Assembly: GCA_965216325.1 (NCBI GenBank)
Contig: OZ244160.1
Location: forward strand, 1,824,001 to 1,888,000
Reading direction: 5' to 3'
From: Coraliomargarita sp.
Lineage (GTDB): Bacteria > Verrucomicrobiota > Verrucomicrobiia > Opitutales > Coraliomargaritaceae
Length of the DNA: 64,000 nucleotides
Shown: one piece after another, positions 43,884-56,500 of the stretch
Position numbering within the stretch: position 1 is the first letter of the stretch
Layout: each line of letters begins with the position of its first letter
The notes under the pieces: generated by a model
Seen by the model: the letters and a program-made list of their open reading frames with translations, nothing else
The model's database searches: none
What the model was told of the DNA's origin: nothing
Made by a program: the position numbers and the translations under genes

Positions 43884-46547
43884 ATGAACGCAAAAACCAA
43901 GTTTCTAGCTCTTGTCCCGGTTGCTCTGCTCGCCAGTGTTAGCACACTGCTCGGCACAGTTCCCGAACCATCCACGATCTTGTATGGTAAGGTGCTTCAT
44001 CGCGCATACGGCAATGAGCACCAACTGACTGAAGGCACCCTTGAGTGGACCTTGCGCGATGAGCAAGGCGCAGAGTTTATTTACACCACCGAGCTGGAAG
44101 ACATCAAAGATGTATTCTCCTACAAGGTGTCGATTCCGCACCAGGCGCTCTCATCCGGTCTGCAAGTTGACTCCTCTGTGATTCCACTTGGTGTGGGCGA
44201 GGAGGATTACGAATTCGTCTCTATTAAAGTGGATGGCTATCCAGCTGCGATCTTGTGGTCGGAAGTGGATTATTTGGCTTTGTTGCAAAACACTCGTGCG
44301 GCGACACACCGCATCGACCTCTTGGTATCTTTCGACATGCTGGATACCGATGGCGACGGCATGCCGGACTGGTGGGAGAAGCTCCATGGACTGGACTGGC
44401 AGGTGAATGATGCAAGCCAAGATCCGGATGGTGATGGCCGTGATAACCTGGACGAGTATCTGAATGGATCGGATCCATTCAACGACGACCGTATCCCAAG
44501 CTTGCAGACTCTTAACCTCGCTGCATTCGGTGAGTCGAACAATGGTGTTTGGTTGCGTTCGACGGATACGGACACTGCCGCTGAGAATGTTGTCTACTCG
44601 CTGGCGAGCCTGCCAGAGGGTGGCTACTTGCATCGCCTCCATTCTACTGCGCCGCAGTCTGGCGATGATGGACTCGGTCAAGGTTCGACTTTCACCCAAG
44701 CAGAGTTGAACGATGGACGTATTGCGTATCGTCACACCGATCCTTCTGTCACGGAGACCAGCTTCGAAGTGGTGCTGAGTGATGGTGCGAATCAGTCTGA
44801 GATTACTGCGGTTAACATCTCGGTATTCCCATCCGGCACTCCAGAAACGGTTGGAGATTTGGAAACTGTTCCATTCTGGTGGCGTGACGAAAATACGATC
44901 TTTGAAGCATATTGGGGACTTCGTCAGAATGTGCTGAGTGCAGGTATCGCAGAAGCATCACTCCTTTACCTGCTAGGTAAGGATTATGGATGGACTCTTT
45001 GGGATCAAAGCGCGGACACGCTTCCTATTTCGCTGCATACTACTGGTTCGGGCTCACACTTCCTACTTGGTGGTGCTGCGGATGATACCCTAACTGGTGG
45101 CGCTGAAGCAGACATCCTCAAGGGTGGTGCTGGTCGCGACATTCTGACTGGTGGCGCGGGCGTTGACCTCTATGTGATCAGTGATCTCGGCGAAGAAGTG
45201 ATTACTGACTTTGCCGTGCTTGAAGATGCGCTCGATTTGACTGACTTGCTGGCAGGTCAGAGTGGCGCACTGAACGATTATCTGCAAGTGAGCTTCGATG
45301 GCAGCAAGAGCACAATCGGCGTCGATCAAGACGGTGGTGCTGCGGATTACAGCGATGCCGCAATCATTCTTGAAGGTGTTGAACTCACTCAAGACGACCT
45401 ACACCGTCTGTGGTCGGAAGGTCAGCTGCTGACAGGCGCCGTCCAGGGTTATGTCACTGTTGAGATTGAGAATTGGCCAACCGCTCCGCTTGAGGAAGGC
45501 TTCGACACCGCAGACTTGGTGCTACGTCGTAACGGACCAACCAGCCTACCGCTGACAGTCCAAGTTAGCTATACAGGTAGTGCGACGAACGGTGTCGACT
45601 ATCAGATCTTGTTCGACTCCGTGACTTTTGCGACGGGTGCATCCACTGCAACGGTCTCGATTGAGCCACTCTCTGATGGTGCGCTTGAAGGCACCGAGCA
45701 GCTTAACGTGAACTTGCTAGCCGGTAGCGGCTATGTGCTTGGCCCTGTCACCGCAGGTCAAATCGCGATTGTGGATGCGAAGCAGCGCTTCAACATCTTT
45801 GCGGTCGAAGCACTCACGGCAGTCGACGGCGATCCGGGTCTTATCCTAATTACACGCCAAGGCCCAATCAATACCTCGACCACATTGTTCCTCGACATCG
45901 ATGGCAGTGGTGTGAAGGACGTCGACTATGCCTCGATTCCGACTTACGTCAGCTTCGCGCCATATCAGACTGACCATGTCATTCCAGTGATCGCATTGGA
46001 TGGTGGTGTTCTGAACGAAACAGATACAAGTCGCACAGTGTCTGTCGCTCTGAAGCCTTCCTACAGCAGCAGTTACTTTATGGGCAATGAGACCGAAGCA
46101 ATGGTCCGCCTACTTTCGAACCAGGAAGCATTCGAAGCGTGGGTGCTTGCCAACAATGAGAATGCCGATGCGGGTATGTCTACCGATGAGCTGACCGAAG
46201 TTGAGTCGACTCGCACCGGGATTCAATCGCTGCTCGAGTATGCGATGTCCTATGGCGTTGATTTTGACGACGGTATTGATGCACAGGAGCAAGCCCAGTT
46301 TACACCGCAGCTGATCCGAGATGGCGACGCCTCTTACGTTGAATTTACACAGCGTTTGAATGATCCGCGCCTGGAATACATCGTCGAAGTTTCCAAGGAT
46401 CTCACGACATGGAACAGCGGGACGGAATACCTCGAACCGGTTGCGGTGAGTGAGGCTGACGAAAACGCAGGTCGTGTTCGTTTCCGAATCTTAGGCGCCA
46501 ACGAGCAGAACTGCTTCGTTCGTGTGCTGGTGAACTTGAACGACTAA
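43884..46547 (+). CDS. Exported Ca-binding mosaic protein (TSP3-like, cadherin/CSPG, RTX, Calx-beta)
   Basis: DTDGDGMPDWWE; FTQAELNDGRIAYRH; GGAADDTLT/GGAEADILK/GGAGRDILT; TGSATNGVDY; ATG 43884. Confidence 0.88.
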   Translation: MNAKTKFLALVPVALLASVSTLLGTVPEPSTILYGKVLHRAYGNEHQLTEGTLEWTLRDEQGAEFIYTTELEDIKDVFSYKVSIPHQALSSGLQVDSSVIPLGVGEEDYEFVSIKVDGYPAAILWSEVDYLALLQNTRAATHRIDLLVSFDMLDTDGDGMPDWWEKLHGLDWQVNDASQDPDGDGRDNLDEYLNGSDPFNDDRIPSLQTLNLAAFGESNNGVWLRSTDTDTAAENVVYSLASLPEGGYLHRLHSTAPQSGDDGLGQGSTFTQAELNDGRIAYRHTDPSVTETSFEVVLSDGANQSEITAVNISVFPSGTPETVGDLETVPFWWRDENTIFEAYWGLRQNVLSAGIAEASLLYLLGKDYGWTLWDQSADTLPISLHTTGSGSHFLLGGAADDTLTGGAEADILKGGAGRDILTGGAGVDLYVISDLGEEVITDFAVLEDALDLTDLLAGQSGALNDYLQVSFDGSKSTIGVDQDGGAADYSDAAIILEGVELTQDDLHRLWSEGQLLTGAVQGYVTVEIENWPTAPLEEGFDTADLVLRRNGPTSLPLTVQVSYTGSATNGVDYQILFDSVTFATGASTATVSIEPLSDGALEGTEQLNVNLLAGSGYVLGPVTAGQIAIVDAKQRFNIFAVEALTAVDGDPGLILITRQGPINTSTTLFLDIDGSGVKDVDYASIPTYVSFAPYQTDHVIPVIALDGGVLNETDTSRTVSVALKPSYSSSYFMGNETEAMVRLLSNQEAFEAWVLANNENADAGMSTDELTEVESTRTGIQSLLEYAMSYGVDFDDGIDAQEQAQFTPQLIRDGDASYVEFTQRLNDPRLEYIVEVSKDLTTWNSGTEYLEPVAVSEADENAGRVRFRILGANEQNCFVRVLVNLND

Positions 46548-46569
46548 TTCGAAGCGTCCGACCGAAGAC

Positions 46570-47547
46570 ATGAGCCTGAAAACAACAGTTCAACGTATCG
46601 CGTTGCCAGCAGCTCTGGCACTGGCGGCTGCGTCTGTGTTTACGGCTTGTGGTGGTCCGGAAGCGGAGGTCGACCCTGTGGTGCTTGAAGTTGGTGATCG
46701 CTCCATTTTACTGAGTGAACTTCAGGGCCAGCTCGATTATTGGGTGGAATCCGGAAGCGTCTTGCCGCCAAACGCCGAGCTGTTTGTTGAGCGCTATGCA
46801 GAGCGTGCAGTCGCGCTGCAGAAAGCCCGCGAACTTGGCTTGGATCAAGACCCAGCACTGCGTAGCCAGTGGGAGAGTATGCTTATCGGGCGCTTGCGTG
46901 CGATCGAGATGGAGGCTGCGTTGGCAGAAGTCATTGTGGCGCCGGATGATGTTGAGGCCTACTATCAGGAGAACATCGCCAATTATACCCGTGAAGCTCA
47001 GGCACGTGTGGCCTTGCTCTATTTGCCGTATGCGGTGAAGGGCGAAAGTGCGCGTGCAGCTGTGCATCAACGCCTCGAGGAGGCGCGCGCAAAAGCCGCA
47101 GAGCTAGCTGAAGGCAGCCGTGGATTTGGACCACTTGCGCCAAAATATTCCGACGAAGCGACCAGCCGTTTCAAGGGAGGTGACGTGGGCTGGATGCAAG
47201 CAGGACGCGGCAGTTACCGTTGGCCTGAGCCTGTTATAAGCGCAGCATTTGAACTCACTACTGTCGGCGAGATCAGTTCCATCATCCAGACAGAAGAAGG
47301 TGCGTATCTGGTCATGCTTATGGATGTCCGTCCGGCAAAAGTCCAACCCCTCGAAGCGGTCTCCACATCGATTCATCGCGAGCTGACTGCACAAGCCCGT
47401 GAACTCGCTGCCCAGAACCTACAAGCTGCATGGGGCGAAGGCCGCGAGATCACCACTTTTCCTGAAGCATTTAATCAACTTTCATTTCCTACTGCTGGAT
47501 TAGCTTCGGTCGCCGACGAGGGGCCGAAGACAATGCCCGCTAACTAG
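46570..47547 (+). CDS. Parvulin/PpiC-type peptidyl-prolyl isomerase lipoprotein (PrsA-like foldase)
   Basis: Lipobox-like FTAC; LAPKYSDEATSRFKGGDVGW; GEISSIIQTEEGAYLV. Confidence 0.88.
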   Translation: MSLKTTVQRIALPAALALAAASVFTACGGPEAEVDPVVLEVGDRSILLSELQGQLDYWVESGSVLPPNAELFVERYAERAVALQKARELGLDQDPALRSQWESMLIGRLRAIEMEAALAEVIVAPDDVEAYYQENIANYTREAQARVALLYLPYAVKGESARAAVHQRLEEARAKAAELAEGSRGFGPLAPKYSDEATSRFKGGDVGWMQAGRGSYRWPEPVISAAFELTTVGEISSIIQTEEGAYLVMLMDVRPAKVQPLEAVSTSIHRELTAQARELAAQNLQAAWGEGREITTFPEAFNQLSFPTAGLASVADEGPKTMPAN

Positions 47548-47559
47548 CCTTTATCATTC

Positions 47560-50500
47560 TTGTTAATGAACATGACAGACTGCTCACTATCTACCAAACG
47601 TCTACGATTCGCATTGCTTGCCAGCCTGAGTTTGCCATCCGTCCTCCTCGCGGTTGCGCCAAACGCGGTGAACGACGACTTGCGCACAACTGACCCGGTT
47701 GCTGCCAACGCATCACTTGTTCTGGCGGAATCCAAACTCATCACCAATGACTCCGGTGACGATAAGGCGGTCAAGTCGGTGACTACTCCTTCAAGTGACG
47801 GCGCGACTGTAAGCTGGGACGGTACGAACGTGACTTACACACCAGGTGATGGTAGTAGCGATGTGTTCCTAGCACTCGACACCGGAGAACATGAAGATGA
47901 CAGCTTTACCTATACTTTGGAAGGCAGTGACGGTGACGATGATACTGCTACAGTTCAAATCCGAGTGACTGGTGTGAACGATACGCCAACGCTCACTGGC
48001 ACGACAGGCACCGCGAACGTTAACGACAACGATAACACCAATACCGTTCTTTCTGGTGTGAACATTGGTGACCCGGACGTAGAGAACGTTACCGTTACCA
48101 TTACTGTTGCGAGTGCAAATGGTGAATTCGATAATTACGTTGCCCAAGGTTTTGCACGTGCGTCGAACAGTGGTAACTATGTTTATACGTATACAGGCTC
48201 GACTTCGAATGCACAGTCCAGAACGCAGGCCTTGAATTTCGTGCCAGTCGCGAATTTGGCTGAGGTTGGTAGCAACACAAATGTCTCCGTATCGATTCGA
48301 GTTGAAGACGAAGCGCTGAACGTAACTGGCAGCAAGTCCGTTGCAATCGCATCTATCAACGATCGACCCGACATCACCGTCCCAGGCAGCAATGTTGCAA
48401 TGGACGATGATGAGTCTAAAACGATTTTCTCCGGTGTGACTATTGTGGATCCGGATCCATCCGATGCGCAAGACGTTGAGATCACTTATGACGACCGAAA
48501 GGGTAGCTTCCCGACCAGCGCTCAATACTCAAAGAGCGGATCCAATGCGAATGCAAAGCTGACCATTTCAAATGCGACAGTTTCCTCTGCTAACAGCATC
48601 ATCCAGGCTTTGGTTTTTACTCCTGAGCCGAATCAAGTGGCTGTTGGTAATTCTGAAGAACTGACTTTTAGCATCAAAACCACTGATGAGGCGAATACCA
48701 ACCGCACCCGAAGTGTTAAGGTGGACGTAACATCAGTCAATGAACCGCCGGTTGTCCTTGAAAATGGGGGTTCGACTGCGTTCTCCACTTCCGCTGGCGG
48801 CTCAGTGATTCCATACAGCTTGGTAAACGTGACAGACCCTGACGTCGAAGCGAGTGGTTCCGGTGAGGGGGCAGGTGACGACTTTACGGCAGAGATTGCT
48901 CTCAGCCGTGCCACAGGAACAGACCTTGGCTCAATTGTTTCTACTTCATTCTCTTTGAAAAGCGGTAGCACAAATGTCTATACCTACACTGCTGCAATCG
49001 AAGTGCTTCAAGATGCGATCCGCGCACTGACCTATATCGCTCCTGCAGATGCAGGAGTGGTGGAACTTGCGCTCACTGTTACGGATGCGCAAGACACCAC
49101 TTCGAACGAACTGACGGTGGAAGTGACTTCATCGGTTCCAAATCCGGGGATTTCAGGTTTGGAAGAGGGCCAAGAAGTATTTGATAACTCTGCCTTATTG
49201 CCGTTCTCCGCTGCGATCTTCAATAGCTTCGGCACGACCGATCGTGTGATTGAGATTGCTCTCGATGATGACCAAAAGGGCACCTTCGATATCTTGGGTG
49301 ATTTCCAATATGACGACACAGTATCACCTCCAGTCTATCGAATGACCGGCAATGCGGTTGAAGCATCGCAGTCACTACAGAACATTCGCTTCAACCCAAC
49401 ACCCAACCGAATTGTTGGTGCGAGTGATACCGTGCAGTTTACGATTCAGATGCTCACCGCGATCGGTGGCACCGCACTGAACACCGATATTCTCACGATC
49501 ACCGTCTTCCCTGTGAATGATGCTCCGATCGTCAGCAGCGATAGTCCAACCTATCGAATCAATGACGACGAAACCGAGTATCCATATCAATCTTTACAGG
49601 TGAGTGACCCGGATGAAGGTGGTAATCAAGAAGTGACCGTGACGCTTTCATTGAGTGGCGATGACAGCATTGCTGGTGTTGCTGGTGTGCTGACTCTCGA
49701 TGTCGCCAATGTGGATGTGGACCTTAAGGACTTTGGCGGGCAGATCGTTTTCCCAAGTTCACAGTATACCTTCAACGATCAGAGCAACGCTGATCCGTCG
49801 GACGACACGATCACGATCGGTAACTTCCTTTTTGATTACGACGACACGGCGAAGACGATCAGTTTCAACAGTTTCGTGGCGACACCGGATGGCGTCGATC
49901 CTGCCGATTTCGCTACGCTCGAACTTAGTTTTGATCGCGCCTTTGATCCGGACGATGATGTAAATACAAACAACTCGGTGGCGATTCTGAGCTTCTTCAA
50001 CTCTGCCGGAAGTTCTGATGCAAAGGATGCCTTTGTTGCTGAGTTGGATGGCTTTGAGTTCTCTGAGTTTATTGGTGAGCCAGATGATTTGAATGCGATT
50101 CTCGACATTGTGCTCTTCACACCAACTGAGAACCGCAATCAAGATGGTGAGCGTGAGACAGTTACCTTTACTTTGCGCGTTGCTGACGGGAACGAGGGTG
50201 TGGCTCAAGTTTCAGATGTAAGTGTGGTGGTGCTCGCTGTCGATGGTGCGCCTGAGATTCTGGGTGTTCCTGATCTTAGCCAGCAGCCATTCCCAGTGCC
50301 GGGTGTTGTGGATGGTGTATCCGGCAAAACGGAAGCACTGCCATTTGTTGCCATCAGTATCTCCGATGATGTGGATCCTGCAGGCCCTGCGACCGTGACA
50401 GTTGAGATCGCTCTGGACAACTATGAGAAGGGCACACTCAGCGGTGGTGGTTTCATCGAGACCGGTAGCGACACTGGGGTATACACTCTCGAAGGAACTT

Positions 50501-53500
50501 TGGATGCAGTGAATGCAGCACTGGATCTACTCGAGTATGAATTGAGCGATACCTATGGCTTCGATCTAGCTGCACCGGGTGCGACTGAGTTCACGATTCG
50601 TGTGACAGACTCCTCACCGGCAGCAAATGTGACTTCCGCCACATACGGTATCGTTGTTCGTGAGCCAATCGTTTCGCGTGTGGTCACACTTACTTCGGAC
50701 TACAGCACTGCAGAGAGCGCAATCGCTGGAAGCTTCCGTAAGGCAATTGCAGATGCGAACAACAATGATTTCATCGTCTTCGACTTTGCGAGTGATGCCT
50801 ACCCGGCAGTCATCCGCCTAAAGGAGCCAATCGTAGTCGATAAGAACCTCACCATTGTAGGTCCTCGTCCAGCGAATCTTACCATTAGTGGTGATACGGA
50901 TGGTGACGACACGCCAGACGTTCAGTTGTTTACTGTGACGGGTGGAGCGAAGCTGACCTTGGAGCAACTGACCCTTAAGCATGGCACCGCGGCCTCCTAT
51001 GGTGGTGCAGTCTCTGTAGAAACGGGCTCTTCGCTTTGCGCTCGCTTCGTGAGCTTCGAAGAAAATGACGCTGGCCAATTCGGTGGTGCGATTGATGTTT
51101 TCCTTGGTTCCCTTGATGTTCGACAGTGCTTGTTCTATCAAAACAAGGTCTTGGGTTCGACTGCCTTCGGCGGTGGCGCGATCTCTATTTACACGACCGA
51201 AGCATGCTCGATCATTAACTCGACATTCGTAGAGAACAAGCAAGACAACGCTGGTGGCCTGGGTGGTGCTGCACTCTATGTAGAGAATAGCGACCTAGCT
51301 GAAGCCTTGGACGTTCTTGTCGAGCACTGCACATTTAAGAATAATGTGGATGCGGCATTGAGTGGCAGTGCGGTGCTCTCTGCGAAGTTCGGTGCTCTAG
51401 TGACCTTGCGCAATACGCTTTTGGTCGACGAGCAAGGCATGGTTCTCGATGTGATTGGCGGCGGTAAATTCAATACGCTTGGTGGTAATATTGCGACCGA
51501 TAACACTGAGACGACCTATACACTTGGTGGTGGTGCACGTCAGGATGTTGTGATCCTTGATCACGAAGATGACCAACGTCTGACCGATCCACTACTGTTG
51601 GCCTTGGCTGATAATGCGGGTCCAACACTGACCTGTGCGCTGGATGACTTGAGCCTTGCGAAAGGTAATGCAGTTTCTCCAACACTGATCGCGGATTCAG
51701 TCTTAGTCGATCAGCGTGGTGTGTGGCGCGGATCTTCGCGTGATAGTGGTGCTTTCCAGTCCGGTGAATTCAAGCGCATCAACATTAACGAAATCTATCT
51801 CGAAACGGGCGCACAATTCCTGGAGTTCTACAACCCACGCGAATCGGCTGCGCTCGATATGCAAGGGCTCAAGTTGTATGTGGATGGCACTTTGATTTAC
51901 ACCTTTGCCTCTTCGCTCTCGGTTGATCCAGGCGCAGGCTTTGTGCTGGAGCAATCGGAGTGGTTGGCAGACTTCGAGTTGAATGCCGAAGCGGGTCAGA
52001 TTGTATTGAAGTCGACTGCAGATCAGACACTGCTAGAGATCAACTACGTCGCAAACTTTGACTTTGGTGGCGTCACCATTGATCCGGCGATTAAAGTGGA
52101 TGGTCAGTCGATCGTCCGTTATCCGAATTTCGAAGGACCGTATCTGCCACACCGCCGTGTTGTTGAGCGTGTGACTGGTGTGGTTGTGACAACTGGCGGC
52201 TTGAGCTCCAGCGGTGAAGACGTGAATGGTGCACCGCTCAATGGTGGTAATGCGCCTCCAATTGCAGTTGAAGATGAAGAAGGCTACGCGCTCTTTGCAG
52301 ATGAAACACTTCTGCTAGATGTTCTTGCCAATGATGTTGAGTTTGATCGCACCGATACACTTGAAATCGATGCAGTGATGTCACTTAGCTCAGGCACCCT
52401 GATCAGCACCGAGCTGGATGGCTATGATGGTGGCGGCAATGGATCTTACACAATCGCAGGCCTTAGCCCGGACTCGACTCGTGATGCGAGCCAAGTTTCT
52501 GTGACTGTGAGTGGTGACCCGGATCAACTGCTTTACAATCCGATCAACTCACCACTGATGATTGCGCTTTCCGAAGGCGAGACCACTGTGGACGTGTGGG
52601 CCTACACTATTCAGGACTACGCTTCTGGTGGCGCGGAAAATGATCGTGATCCAAATGCGGTTAAAACAGACGCGAAGCGCGCAGAAAATCTCAAGCGTGC
52701 GACCAGCTATTTCTATGTAACGGTTACGGGTGTGAATGAAGCGCCGGACGCGGCGGATGACGGTGCCTTTAGCACTCCTGAAAATCAGGCGATTCGCTTG
52801 ATGGCGGATACTGCTTTAACCAGCGGCTCATTCGACTTCGAAGACCAAGATGCAGACTACATGGACTTTGACGGCACCGGCGCTGAAGTCGTGCTCACGC
52901 CAGTGCTGCAAACCACAGCACTGCTTGCGAATGACAATGACGTCGATAACGACGACACTAATACCACGATTGAGCTGATCAATGTGCACCAGACATCCAC
53001 ACGAGTGGAACAAACGACAGCAACCAGTTTGCTTGGTGCGACCGTGACTCTCGATATCCGTGCGAATCGTTCCGAAACGCATATTATCTACGATCCACGT
53101 AGCTCCAGCACGCTGAATGCATTGAGCGCAACGGATACGCCAGTAGAAGATAGCTTCTACTATACCGTCATCGACCGCCATGGTGCAATTGGCACGGCAA
53201 AGGTTACTGTGCTGGTTTCCGGTGTGAATGACGTGCCGACCGCAAATGACGACACAGACTACTTCGCGAGTGAAGACGGCACCTTGCAAATCACCGAAGT
53301 GGACCTGCTCGCAAATGATACAGACCCAGACCAGGACGGCAGCGATGCGGTGGATATGCCTGAGATTTCCTCCGTCCCATCGAACACTGTTCTCGGTGCG
53401 GTGCTGAGCTTCGACGGCACAACAATTACCTACGATCCGACAACCTTGCCCTTCTACGAAACAATGGCACGCAACGAGATCGTGATCGATGAATTCACCT

Positions 53501-56500
53501 ATGAAATTTCGGATGGTAACTCCGGCACATCTGAGGCGACTGTGTTCATTGAGTTCGTTGGTGTAAACGACACGCCAACCGCTGAGGACGATACGCTTAA
53601 CATCGATGAAAACCAGACTGCAGAAATCGCCGCGCTTGGCCTGCTTGATAACGACGAAGACATTGATGTGAACGGAACCGATCCTGATGATGACATTTGG
53701 GTTCTTCCGCAGCGTAACGTGACCACTGCACTCGGTGCTACCCTCAACATCGAGACCGATGGTAGCTATAGCTACGATGCGAACTCGGCATTGATTGAAA
53801 GCCTCTTCGAAGGAGAGCAAGTAATCGAAGTGTTCCCATACACGATCACTGACAATAGTCGCACCTCTGCTTCGGATGATAACTTCAAGATCATCACCAA
53901 TCGCACTGATGTGGTGCTGCCAGTTTTGGTGAACGACTTTGTTGCTGGAAGTGCACGCACAGCTGTAACCGCATATAGCGATGGCGGTGGCAATGTCGTG
54001 ATCGAAAGCGACAATCACCAACTACGTGATGGCCTCCTGATCCAGATCGAAGGTTATGCCGGCGCCGATGATTACAACGGCGTGCATGCAATCACTGTGG
54101 TTGACCGCGACCACTTCAGTATTCCACTTGAGTTTGTAGATGACCCGGATGGTAACCGTGGCACATGGCGTCCATGGTTCAACATTACCGCGGTCGGCAC
54201 TCCTGATCGTGCAGCTAAACTGGAAATCGCTGATGACGCACAAACACTGGTCTACTCTCCGAAAGCCAACTTCTATGGCACGGAGACCTTTACCTACACA
54301 ATCGAAGACGGTGCGGGCGGTCAGGATGTCGCAACCGTTGAAATGCTGGTGATTGATGAGCCGCTCAATTCATTCCTAGTTGCGAAGGACGATGTGTTCG
54401 TCATCTATAACGACCAAGATGCACAAATCGTTGATGTGCTTGCGAATGACAACATGTTGCCAGCTCCGGGGAGCGACCTGTTTATCACAGAAACGACTGC
54501 TGTTGGTGGTGCTTCCGGCACGCTCTCGATTGTCAATGGAGGCAAGTCCTTGAGTTATGAGCCGGCAACTCTTGGTCTGCATGAGTTTACTTACACCGTA
54601 ACAGGTGGTGGCACATCCGCGACTGAAGCAACGGTTCAGTTTAACGTGATTGCGCCGGAAGCCTTCATGACGGATAGCGATACTATCGAGGCTGGTCTCA
54701 CTGCGCTCTTCCTCGATGTCGGCGAGAACTATGTCGTTGCTGAGGATAGCTCGGCGACGCTGTTCGACGTCCTCGCCAATGATGAGACACTCGCAGTGTA
54801 TCCAGTCAGCCTGGAATTGGTTGAGATTGTCTCTGCTCCAAGCAATGGCACAGCTGAAATTGCGGGTGATCAAGTGAGCTTCACGCCGGATGCATCCTTC
54901 ACTGGTGGTGATAGCTTCACTTACCGTGTCCGTGATGAGCTCGGCAATGAACTCACCAAGACTGTAAATGTGACAGTGGTAGAGAATGCGGATGATTTCT
55001 ACGCGGTTGAAGATCATTACATTGTCTGGGCTGGTAGCACATCGATCTCCTTGCCTGTCTTGACCAATGACATTGCGACAGGTGCCAATAGCACATCGTT
55101 GAGTGTCACCAATCTTGGCTTGGATACACAGGCACCGCCTGAAGCGGATCGTGTGGCATTCAATGGCACATCGGTAATTTACTCCGCTCCTGCGAGTGCA
55201 ACGAGTGAGATCTTTACTTACGAAATCGGAGACGGCACTAGTGAGCGTCGTGAAGCTGCGATCGTCATCACTGTGGTGGATGCGTATCCAGCTTTGGATC
55301 CACAAGACGATCTCTTCACCGTCGCAAAGAACAGCAGCGGCCATAGCCTGGACGTGCTGCTGAATGATACTGCTTTCCCGCTTGTTGGATGGGATCGCAC
55401 CATCACTGCGGTTAGTGCGACAGACAATGGTGGCTCGGTTGCGGTGAACGCAGGCGCGACTCTCGACTACAGCCCAGCTGCCGATTTCAATGGTATCGAG
55501 AGCTTTACCTACACGGTAGAAGATGCCTTCGGTCAGACCGATACTGCAACCGTCACGGTGATGGTCGGTATGCAGATTACCGGAGATGACGAGTTTGTGG
55601 TCCTGGAGAACACCAGCCTCAACGTCTTTGATGTTCTGGTGAACGACGATCTTCTCGATCGCTACGAGACTGAATACAAGATTGTTGAAATGGTCTCTGT
55701 TGCGACGACTGAAGGAGGTGAGGTGAGCACGAGCGAAGATGCTCCAAACAATTACCTACTCTACACTCCTGCAGATGACTTTGTCGGTGAAGATACTTTT
55801 ACATACGAAGTTGTTGATGACAGCGGAAACACCGTTGAGGCGACAGTCACCGTCCAAGTCATCTCGATCGAAAGCGACCGTGATTCTGCCTTCTTGCGTG
55901 TCACGGTTACGGGTGTGAATGACAGTCCGGTTTTACTTGGTGTTGCGAATGGTGCGACCGATGATAAGATCAGTGTGAAGCCATTCCCGTCGGTCACGAT
56001 TACCGATATCGATGAAGGCGGTAACCAGCTGCAAACTGTTACAGTAACTTATGACAGCACGAAGGGCACCGTTTCGGCACCAGGTTTCACTCCGATTGAT
56101 GCAGACACCTTCCGCATTACGGACACACCGGCGAATGTAACGACTGCGCTACAGGCGATGGTTTACACTCCATTCGAGAATCTCACAGGCGCGGTGGTCG
56201 ATGGCACCTTCGATGTCGACTTCGATCTGGAACTCTCGGATGGCTACATCACTCCGTCCATCGAAGCGACTGCAACGATTACCGTGACTGCGATCAACGA
56301 CGCTCCTGAGCCTGTCGATGACAGCTACAGCACCTCGGAAAATCAAGCGATCCGTATGCTTGCAGATGCAACCCTGCTCTCGGCAGCATTTGACTTCGGA
56401 GATCTGGATCCAGACTTCCAGGCCGTCAATGCAGTGGGCGCAACTGTAACTCTGACACCGGTGCTACAGCCAGTAAGCCTGTTGGCGAACGATGACGACG

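Noticed and set aside
52828..55344. Antisense ORFs (397 aa and 322 aa) inside the adhesin
   Set aside because: Opposite-strand shadows of an unambiguous CDS
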